Below are positions 27,111 to 33,849 of a DNA stretch of 49,316 bases, piece after piece (within the stretch, counting starts at the first letter, position 1; every line of letters starts with the position of its first letter). The notes beneath the pieces were generated by a model. It ran no database searches. It saw only the letters and a program-made list of their open reading frames with translations, and was not told where the DNA came from. The stretch is from Acutalibacteraceae bacterium. Lineage in GTDB: Bacteria > Bacillota > Clostridia > Oscillospirales > Acutalibacteraceae. The stretch is taken from the NCBI GenBank assembly GCA_045543715.1, contig JAZPXP010000035.1, forward strand, positions 1-49,316, read 5' to 3'. The translations under genes and the position numbers were made by a program.

Positions 27111-27308
27111 TGATTGTAGTTAGTCGAAACGCTCAAAAGCGTTACGACAAGCCACTTGTAAAGTGGCTTTGGCAAAATTAAATTTTAACATTTAATTTTG
27201 CACAACACTCATTGTTGTGGGATAGGACAAATTTTTAGAAAAAATTTATCGCAAAATCAAAGATTTTGTGGCGAAACAATTTTGTTTCGCTTGACCTATT
27301 CCATAATT
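27111..27308 (+). repeat. Non-coding multi-hairpin element, copy 1 (inverted partner at 32983-33180)
   Basis: It aligns end to end with the reverse complement of 32983-33180. Both start TGATTGTAGTTAGTCGAAACGC and both end GTTTCGCTT(G/A)ACCTATTCCAT. Hairpins lie at 27123-27148, 27149-27169, 27172-27201, 27201-27219, 27226-27250, 27252-27268 and 27271-27290. Confidence 0.9.
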
Positions 27309-27327
27309 CTAAAAAAGGGTGATAAAA

Positions 27328-28128
27328 ATGGCACTTCGTACCGACCTTGCAATAGAAAAAAGCAATACCAAAAAGAATTACGAAGAAGAAATTATTAAAA
27401 GGGAAAATATAGTTATAACAAGGCATAAAAAGGAAAGAGAAAAATATGTAACAATAGAATTTGAATCCCTTTTTCATATAACCGATTACAAGGATTTAGA
27501 AGAACAAATAATCAAGGCTTTAGAGTTTGTTTCAGGGAAAAAATATGAAAGTTTTCTGATTTCGGGGCTTGGTAATACCGAAATCACTGCCGATGCGATA
27601 GGACCTCTTACGGCTAATAAAATTTTAGCAACAAGGCATATTATGGGGGAATTTGCAAGGCAAAACGGACTTGAAAGTTTAAAAAGTGTTTCGGTTATAA
27701 GTCCGGGAGTGCTTGGTAAAACAGGTATTGAAACTGCCGAAATATTAAGGGGGATTAAGGAAAAAACAAACCCTGAGGCTATGATTGTTATAGACGCATT
27801 GGCGAGCGGCAGCCTTTCGAGATTATATAACTGCATTCAGATAAGCAATCAGGGGATAAGCCCAGGCTCGGGGGTTAAAAACAGCCGAAAGGAAATAAGC
27901 GAAAAAACCTTTTCGGTTCCCGTTATTGCGATTGGCATTCCAACAGTGGTTGACGCTAATACTTTAGCTTTTGAAATAACAGGGGAAACAGGGGAAAAAG
28001 CAGATATGATTTTAACCCCTAAGGACTCGGATATTTTAACCGATAAAATGAGCGAAATTTTGTCCCGCGCTCTAAACCTTTTTTTGCAGCCCGAAACCGA
28101 CAGAGATATAGTTTTGGCATTGGTATAA
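27328..28128 (+). CDS. gpr: Spore germination protease (GPR endopeptidase, peptidase A25)
   Basis: Motifs RTDLAIE, GLGNTEITADAIGP, VIDALA, GISPGSGV and GIPTVVDA. It is adjacent to spoIIP, as in Bacillus. The start is set at MALRTD (RBS AAGGGTGA). At 266 aa it is at the short end for the family. Confidence 0.8.
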   Translation: MALRTDLAIEKSNTKKNYEEEIIKRENIVITRHKKEREKYVTIEFESLFHITDYKDLEEQIIKALEFVSGKKYESFLISGLGNTEITADAIGPLTANKILATRHIMGEFARQNGLESLKSVSVISPGVLGKTGIETAEILRGIKEKTNPEAMIVIDALASGSLSRLYNCIQISNQGISPGSGVKNSRKEISEKTFSVPVIAIGIPTVVDANTLAFEITGETGEKADMILTPKDSDILTDKMSEILSRALNLFLQPETDRDIVLALV

Positions 28129-28170
28129 AAACGAAATAAGAAGCATAGATATTTCTAAGGTGATGAAACT

Positions 28171-29193
28171 ATGCGAATTGGCGGTATTATCAGGTTTTTT
28201 ACGGTTTGTTTTGCTTGTTTTTCTATTCTTTTATATAATGCCGCTGATATTTTTTCGGCGGAAAAAACACCTATAAAAGAAGCAGAAAAGGAGAGCGTTG
28301 TTACAGAGGAAGAGGATAAAGAAGAGGCGGTTTCAACCCCTGAAAAGCAAGAGGAAAAACCCGTAGAAAATACCTCTTCTGTGGCAGTAACTGCTAGCGC
28401 TGTTAAGGGAAAAATAATAGAAAAATATGTCTCGCCCTATACTGCGAAACTTAGCTATAACAATGTTTATGTTAAAAATTCTTCAGGGCTCTCGGTTGAC
28501 ATAAAGCCTCTTTTAGAAGGTGCTTTATCCTTTAAAATTAAGAAAAACGAAGAGCCTCAGGTGCTTATAATGCATACTCACACAACCGAAACCTTTATGG
28601 ATAAAGATACAGATGTTTACACCGAAAATTTTAATTCGAGAAACACAGATAACTCAAAAAATATGGTCAAAATAGGGGAAACTGTAGCAAAGAGATTAAA
28701 TGACGCGGGCATCAAAACGCTTCACGATAAAACCCAACACGATTATCCGCAATATACGGGCAGTTACACACGTTCTGCAAAGACGGTTTCTTCATATTTA
28801 AAGCAATATCCGAGCATAAAAATTGTTCTTGATTTGCATAGGGACGCCATATCCTCGGGAGATAGCGATAAGGTAAAGCTTGCAACCAAAATAAACGGTA
28901 AAAAAGCGGCTCAGGTTATGCTTGTTATGGGTTCTCAATCAGGCTCGGTAACGAATTTTCCTAATTGGCAGGAAAACCTGAAATTAGCGCTTAAGCTTCA
29001 ACAGGTTTTGGAGGTTAAATATCCAACATTGGCAAGACCATTAAGTCTTGTTTCAAAAAATTATAATCAAAGTTTAACAAAGGGCTCGCTCCTTTTAGAG
29101 TTCGGAACAGACGCAAACTCGCTTGATGAGGCGGTTTATTCAGCAGAACTAGTAGGGGAGGCCTTGGTTAGTTTACTTAATACGGAAGGGTAA
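28171..29193 (+). CDS. spoIIP: Stage II sporulation protein P (engulfment amidase)
   Basis: N-terminal TM, an acidic linker, and a C-terminal domain with IMHTHTTE and DLHRDA motifs. Confidence 0.85.
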   Translation: MRIGGIIRFFTVCFACFSILLYNAADIFSAEKTPIKEAEKESVVTEEEDKEEAVSTPEKQEEKPVENTSSVAVTASAVKGKIIEKYVSPYTAKLSYNNVYVKNSSGLSVDIKPLLEGALSFKIKKNEEPQVLIMHTHTTETFMDKDTDVYTENFNSRNTDNSKNMVKIGETVAKRLNDAGIKTLHDKTQHDYPQYTGSYTRSAKTVSSYLKQYPSIKIVLDLHRDAISSGDSDKVKLATKINGKKAAQVMLVMGSQSGSVTNFPNWQENLKLALKLQQVLEVKYPTLARPLSLVSKNYNQSLTKGSLLLEFGTDANSLDEAVYSAELVGEALVSLLNTEG

Positions 29194-29195
29194 AA

Positions 29196-29381
29196 ATGAA
29201 ACTTTATTTTAAATCTTTATATATTTCCTCGGTGCTGATATTTTGCCTTTTGTTCGGCTTTATCGGTATGGCAAAGGCTTATGAAAATATCCGCCTTGTA
29301 GGTTTTGGGGAATACCGAAGCGCCATTGAAATAGAGGACGGAAAACTCAAAATATTTGATATGGAAATAGTTTTGCATTGA
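29196..29381 (+). CDS. Small membrane protein, function unknown
   Basis: 61 aa with one N-terminal TM. Its ATG is 2 nt after the spoIIP stop and has a GGAAGGG RBS. I recognise no family. Confidence 0.45.
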   Translation: MKLYFKSLYISSVLIFCLLFGFIGMAKAYENIRLVGFGEYRSAIEIEDGKLKIFDMEIVLH

Positions 29382-29406
29382 CATTCCTTTTGTTTCTTAT
29401 TAAAAT
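29378..29406 (+). promoter_or_regulatory. sigma-A promoter for cysK, TTGACA-17 nt-TAAAAT
   Basis: TTGACA at 29378-29383 overlaps the stop of the small ORF, and TAAAAT lies at 29401-29406. Confidence 0.6.
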
Positions 29407-29430
29407 GGTTTTAAAAGAGGAGGAATGAAT

Positions 29431-30357
29431 ATGGCAAAGATTTTCAGTTCTGCCGAACAGCTTGTCGGCTCAACTCCGCTAATAAGACTTAAAAAAATAG
29501 AAAAAGCCTTTTTAACAAAGGCTCAGATAATAGCAAAACTTGAAAGTTTTAATATAGCAGGCTCTTCTAAGGACAGAGTTGCCGTTTCTATGCTTGATGA
29601 GGCTCAGAAACAGGGCAAACTAAAGGAGGGCTCGGTTATTATTGAGCCAACCTCTGGGAATACCGGAATAGGTCTTGCAATGGTTTCGGCAGCAAGGGGC
29701 TATAAGCTTATAATTGTTATGCCCGAGAATATGTCAGAGGAAAGAAAAAAACTAATATCCGCTTTCGGTGCGGAGTTGGTGCTGACTGATGCTTCAAAAG
29801 GTATGGCAGGCGCTATCGAAAAGGCAGAAGAGTTAGAAAAGGAAATCAAGGGCAGTATGATTGCGGGGCAGTTTTATAACCCTGCAAACCCAAAGGCTCA
29901 TTTTGAAACAACAGGCCCAGAGATATGGGAGGATACTGACGGTGGGGTTGATATCTTTGTTGCAGGAGTCGGAACGGGCGGAACGATTTCGGGTGTCGGC
30001 GAATATTTAAAGAGCAAAAATAAAAATATAAAAATAGTTGCGGTTGAGCCTGAAAGCTCTCCTTTCTTATCAAGGGGCGAAAAGGGCGCTCATAAAATCC
30101 AAGGCATAGGAGCAGGCTTTGTCCCAAAAGCTTTAAACACCGAGATTTATGACGAAATTATAACCGTTTCTGATGAGGCTGCTTTTGAAATGGGCAGGGA
30201 AATTGCAAGGAAAGAGGGAATACTTGTTGGAATTTCCTCGGGTGCGGCTCTTGTTGGTGCTATAGAGATTGCAAAAAGAGAAGAAAATGAAAACAAAAAA
30301 ATAGTGGTCTTACTTCCTGATACGGGAGACCGCTACCTATCAACCGAAATGTTTTAA
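29431..30357 (+). CDS. cysK: Cysteine synthase A (O-acetylserine sulfhydrylase)
   Basis: PLP-lysine motif SSKDR, the GTGGT loop, and a C-terminal ...DTGDRYLST. The start is set at MAKIF, after GAGGAGG. Confidence 0.9.
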   Translation: MAKIFSSAEQLVGSTPLIRLKKIEKAFLTKAQIIAKLESFNIAGSSKDRVAVSMLDEAQKQGKLKEGSVIIEPTSGNTGIGLAMVSAARGYKLIIVMPENMSEERKKLISAFGAELVLTDASKGMAGAIEKAEELEKEIKGSMIAGQFYNPANPKAHFETTGPEIWEDTDGGVDIFVAGVGTGGTISGVGEYLKSKNKNIKIVAVEPESSPFLSRGEKGAHKIQGIGAGFVPKALNTEIYDEIITVSDEAAFEMGREIARKEGILVGISSGAALVGAIEIAKREENENKKIVVLLPDTGDRYLSTEMF

Positions 30358-30384
30358 AAAAAGCCAAGCAAAAGCTTGGCTTTT
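30353..30384. terminator. Bidirectional terminator (cysK / mrp)
   Basis: The stem GCCAAGC-AAAA-GCTTGGC is flanked by an A-run and a T-run, between convergent genes. Confidence 0.7.
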
Positions 30385-30386
30385 AA

Positions 30387-31229
30387 TTATTTATTAACCT
30401 TTTTATCAATTTCTTTTGCGGCATTTTCGAGATAATCAGCCTTGAAAAGTTCAAAATCGCCGTTATCAACAAGGGTTGCAAGGGTGGTATCAATAGGCAT
30501 TTTGCCGAGGAGCTCAACTCCTAATTCCTCTGCAACGCTATCACTGCCAGAGCCGAAGATATGGAACTCTTTTTTGCAGTCGGGACAAACAACATAGCTC
30601 ATATTTTCAACTATGCCAAGAACGGGAATGTTCATCATAGAAGCCATATTATAAGCCTTTTTAACAATGAGCGAAACCAAATCCTGAGGGGAGGTAACTA
30701 TAACCGCGCCGTCAAGAGGAATGCTCTGAAAAACGGTTAGCGGAACGTCTCCTGTTCCTGGGGGACAGTCGATAAAGAGATAATCAAGGTCGCCCCAAAC
30801 AACATCATGCCAGAACTGTTTAACAACACCTGCAATAACAGGACCGCGCCATATAACAGGGCTATCAGCTTCTTCAAGCATCAGGTTAACCGACATAATT
30901 TTAATGCCTGTTTTGGTTTCGGCGGGCAAAATTCCGATTTCGTTTTGCATAGCCCTTGTTTTTATTCCAAAGGTTTTGGGAATAGAGGGACCTGTTATAT
31001 CGGCGTCAAGAATACCCACTTTATACCCCATACGGCTCATAAGAACTGCAAGGGAAGAGGTAACGAGCGATTTACCAACTCCGCCCTTTCCGCTAACAAC
31101 GCCGATAATATGTTTAATGTTATTGTATTCCCCTGTAGGCTCGATAAGGCTTTGTGGGTCGTGGCCCGAACAGCTCTTAGAGCAAGAGGAGCAATTACCC
31201 GAACAGCCTGTTGTTTTTTCTTCTGCCAT
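30387..31229 (-). CDS. Mrp/NBP35/ApbC-family Fe-S cluster carrier ATPase
   Basis: Deviant Walker A GKGGVGKS, the CPxC-like motif VCPDC, and a Cys-rich N-terminus GCSGNCSSCSKSCSG. The start is set at MAEEKTT (RBS AAAGGTGA). Confidence 0.85.
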   Translation of the reverse strand: MAEEKTTGCSGNCSSCSKSCSGHDPQSLIEPTGEYNNIKHIIGVVSGKGGVGKSLVTSSLAVLMSRMGYKVGILDADITGPSIPKTFGIKTRAMQNEIGILPAETKTGIKIMSVNLMLEEADSPVIWRGPVIAGVVKQFWHDVVWGDLDYLFIDCPPGTGDVPLTVFQSIPLDGAVIVTSPQDLVSLIVKKAYNMASMMNIPVLGIVENMSYVVCPDCKKEFHIFGSGSDSVAEELGVELLGKMPIDTTLATLVDNGDFELFKADYLENAAKEIDKKVNK

Positions 31230-31333
31230 TTTAAAATCACCTTTCAATAAAAGAAAATCAAGTATTCTTATTATAACCCCAAAACACCAAAAAGGCAATG
31301 GGCAAATAAAAAAACCGACTGTTGCGGTCGGTT

Positions 31334-31537
31334 TTAACGGTTGTTTGTTCTGCCGAGGATATAATCGGTTGAGGTTTTATAAAACTCTGCTAATTTAATA
31401 AGATGATGAACAGGAATTTCCCGTTTGCCTGTTTCGTAGGTGCTGTAAACCCTTTGGTCGATACCTAAAACCGAGGCAATTTGTTTTTGAGCCAAATCGG
31501 CATCTTCTCTTAAATCCTTTAATCTTGAAAAGTACAT
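31334..31537 (-). CDS. XRE-family helix-turn-helix transcriptional regulator (67 aa)
   Basis: The pattern ...LAQKQIASVLGIDQRVYSTYETGKREIP...L..LAEFY..S.DYILGR is a canonical Cro/C1-type HTH. The start is set at MYFSRLK, after GGGGTGG. Confidence 0.75.
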   Translation of the reverse strand: MYFSRLKDLREDADLAQKQIASVLGIDQRVYSTYETGKREIPVHHLIKLAEFYKTSTDYILGRTNNR

Positions 31538-31581
31538 ATTACCACCCCAATTAACAGTATATGTACTATCAAAAAATAGTA

Positions 31582-31610
31582 TTGATTTTACCGTCAAATG
31601 ATAGTAAAAT
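31582..31610 (+). promoter_or_regulatory. Candidate promoter TTGATT-17 nt-TAAAAT with an adjacent 6-6-6 inverted repeat (31564-31581)
   Basis: The hexamers lie at 31582-31587 and 31605-31610. TACTAT-CAAAAA-ATAGTA immediately upstream is a plausible operator for the divergent XRE protein. Confidence 0.45.
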
Positions 31611-31629
31611 AATCAAGAGGTGAAGTAAA

Positions 31630-31890
31630 ATGGAATTTTTTAAAGAAATTTTAAAGGAATTCGAGGTAATAGAAAGCAAAATGTCCCCCGAGGTAAAAGA
31701 GGAGTTTTTGAGGCAGAATTATGATGACCTTGCTCAATTTCATTTTTCAATCGGTCTTTATATCAGAAATAATATTTTGCTGAAAAAAGAAAAAATTTAT
31801 CAGGTTTTAGAAAAGGCTGGGTTTTCTTATGATGTTATGTCGGCTTTTCTTGTAGAGCTTTTATATTTATATCTTAAAGACCAAAAATAA
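31630..31890 (+). CDS. Small acidic/helical hypothetical protein (86 aa)
   Basis: Good RBS (AAGAGGTGA) and divergent from the XRE gene. I recognise no family with confidence. Confidence 0.55.
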   Translation: MEFFKEILKEFEVIESKMSPEVKEEFLRQNYDDLAQFHFSIGLYIRNNILLKKEKIYQVLEKAGFSYDVMSAFLVELLYLYLKDQK

Positions 31891-31991
31891 TTTTTTTATA
31901 AGACATAATTCTCTCATTTTTTTAAAAGTTTTATCATATAATTTTCTTAAAGAAAGGCGAAAATTCGCCCAAAAAGAAAGGTGAGAGAAAT

Positions 31992-32912
31992 ATGGAAGGT
32001 TTTTATCCTGAGGGATGGAAAACGCCCTCTGCAAAGGTTATAAAATGGACCTCGGCAGATTTGGCAGAGGCAAAAGTTCAGGAAGCGGTGCTTGAAGCGC
32101 CGGTTATTATGTGCGATTCAGCGCATAATCTGATAGTTAATCTTGGGTGTATGAAGGGAATTATCCCCCGAGTTGAAGGTGCTATAGGAATTGAGGACGG
32201 CTCAACCAGAGATATAGCCTTGATATCAAGGGTTGGAAAAACCGTTTGCTTTGTTGTAACGGCGATTACCGCTGATGAAGAGGGAAGACCCTATGCCCTT
32301 TTATCGAGAAGAAAGGCACAGGAAAAATGCAAGGATTATATTATAGCAAACAAAAAATGCGGTGATGTTTTAGATGCGAAAATCACCCATCTTGAAAGCT
32401 TTGGCGCATTTTGTGATATAGGTTGCGGAAATATTGCGCTTTTACCGATAGACTCAATTTCAGTATCTAGAATATCCCATCCAAAAGATAGATTTTATGT
32501 TGGCGAAAAGATAAAGGTGGTTATAAAAAGCATTACTGAAGACCAAAAAATAACCCTTTCCCATAAGGAGCTGCTCGGCACTTGGGAAGAAAACGCCGAA
32601 CTTTTTTCTGCAGGGCAAACCGTAACGGGTGTTATCAGAAGTGTTGAAGATTACGGTGTCTTTGTTGAAATAACCCCGAATCTTGCAGGGCTTGCCGAGC
32701 CAAAGGGAGATGTTTATGTCGGTCAGCAAGCGAGTGTTTATATAAAAAGTATTATAAGAGAAAAAATGAAGATAAAGCTTATAATAATCGATAGCTTTGA
32801 TACCGGATTTTCTCCCGAAATAAAGTATTTCTATAAGGGGGAAAATATGAGCGAATGGGATTATTCCCCCGCTTCCTGCCAAAAAAGAATAACAACAAGA
32901 TTTTGCGGATAA
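31992..32912 (+). CDS. S1 RNA-binding domain protein (multiple S1/OB repeats)
   Basis: At least two clear S1 repeats, ...GDVLDAKITHLESFGAFCDIG... and ...GQTVTGVIRSVEDYGVFVEI.... RBS AAAGGTGAGAG. Confidence 0.8.
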   Translation: MEGFYPEGWKTPSAKVIKWTSADLAEAKVQEAVLEAPVIMCDSAHNLIVNLGCMKGIIPRVEGAIGIEDGSTRDIALISRVGKTVCFVVTAITADEEGRPYALLSRRKAQEKCKDYIIANKKCGDVLDAKITHLESFGAFCDIGCGNIALLPIDSISVSRISHPKDRFYVGEKIKVVIKSITEDQKITLSHKELLGTWEENAELFSAGQTVTGVIRSVEDYGVFVEITPNLAGLAEPKGDVYVGQQASVYIKSIIREKMKIKLIIIDSFDTGFSPEIKYFYKGENMSEWDYSPASCQKRITTRFCG

Positions 32913-32940
32913 AAATATCGAATTGCGAAGCAATATATCG

Positions 32941-32982
32941 AAAAAAGGAACCCAAATACACACACTCTTTGGGTTCCTTTTT
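32941..32982. terminator. Bidirectional rho-independent terminator
   Basis: 14-bp stem AAAAGGAACCCAAA / TTTGGGTTCCTTTT with A and T flanks. It lies after the S1 gene on + and at the inner end of repeat copy 2 on -. Confidence 0.75.
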
Positions 32983-33180
32983 ATAATGGAATAGGTTAAG
33001 CGAAACAATTCTGTTTCGCCACAAAATCTTTGATTTTGCGACAAATTTTCTAGTAAAAATTTGTCCTATTCCATTGCAATGCGTGTTGTGCAAAATTAAA
33101 TTCTAATATTTAATTTTGCTGAAGCCACTTGTAAAGTGGCTTGTCGGAACGCTTTTGGGCGTTTCGACTAACTACAATCA
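32983..33180 (-). repeat. Non-coding multi-hairpin element, copy 2 (inverted relative to copy 1)
   Basis: It is the reverse complement of copy 1, by eye roughly 85-90% identical. It begins directly after the stop codon (33181) of the last minus-strand operon gene. Hairpins lie at 33143-33168, 33122-33142, 33090-33119, 33040-33065, 33022-33038 and 33000-33019. Confidence 0.9.
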
Positions 33181-33849
33181 TTATATTAGATATAATCCTG
33201 ATTTTAAAAGGGCGAAACGGTTATCCCCAACTCGCACATACTGATAAACAGGCTCTTCAAATTCCTCATAATCAAAAACATTATAGGTGTTAAGGTTGAT
33301 TTCAGTGAGCTTTTTAGAGCCTTGGTTGCTGACCATAACCTTATCGCCGTCCAAAAATAAATCACGCGGTTTATCAAAGGGTGAACGGTTTCCGCCAATT
33401 CTTAACTCCTCCCGCATAGTTGCAAGATTAAAGCGAAGCAAGGCGTTTTTCTCGGCATAGCAAACCCAAAGGGCGTTGTTATGAAGAATGATATCCTGAG
33501 GTGCACTCTGGCGGTAGCAGAGGTTTCCTGTCCAGATAGGCATACCATCGGTATCAAGCAGTTGAGCATCGCCGTTTGGCGCTAAAAGAAAGACCTTACC
33601 GCCCGGCAAAAGAATAGATTTAACAGTTATATAGTTATCGCAGAACATTAAGGCGGATTTATAGTTATTGCCGAATTTTGTTATTAAATACATATTCTTT
33701 GCAACATCGGTGAGCCTTCCTGTATCAAACGAAAGCATTTTATAGGCAACAACGATATCATCGTTAACGAAATCCTTGAGGTAGGAAAAAATTATGCCGT
33801 TTTGAAGAGGCAAAACCTCAAAAACCTCGCCTGAGAATACTTCTTTCAT
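33181..33849 (-). CDS. Hypothetical protein (222 aa, probably beta-rich), function unknown
   Basis: The ATGA start/stop overlap with the upstream ynbB-like gene implies translational coupling. It has no TM or signal peptide and no motif I recognise. Confidence 0.6.
   Translation of the reverse strand: MKEVFSGEVFEVLPLQNGIIFSYLKDFVNDDIVVAYKMLSFDTGRLTDVAKNMYLITKFGNNYKSALMFCDNYITVKSILLPGGKVFLLAPNGDAQLLDTDGMPIWTGNLCYRQSAPQDIILHNNALWVCYAEKNALLRFNLATMREELRIGGNRSPFDKPRDLFLDGDKVMVSNQGSKKLTEINLNTYNVFDYEEFEEPVYQYVRVGDNRFALLKSGLYLI

Noticed and set aside
27198-27477. Track ORFs crossing repeat copy 1 (27198-27398 +, 27235-27477 -) and copy 2 (32779-33093 -, 32460-33044 -). Two of them share the peptide MHNTHC.GIGQIF.
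   Set aside because: The shared 13 residues simply reflect nucleotide identity of the repeat. The frames diverge immediately afterwards, there is no RBS, and the ORFs overlap real genes (gpr, S1). They are not coding.
30807-31398. Long + strand ORFs (147 and 164 aa) opposite mrp, and similar antisense ORFs inside spoVB (15325-15768), spoIIIAE (4748-5173), murD (37840-38322) and gyrA/gyrB.
   Set aside because: These are shadow ORFs on the opposite strand of strongly supported genes. They lack motifs and RBSs and have biased composition.
27111-33180. Composite transposon, IS element or site-specific invertible segment.
   Set aside because: There is no transposase, integrase or invertase anywhere in the window. 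The outer flanks (..GATAATAA| and |TTATATTA..) are not direct target-site duplications. About 200-bp arms at about 88% identity are unlike the short exact repeats used by invertases. This idea is kept only as a recombination or repeat-family hypothesis.
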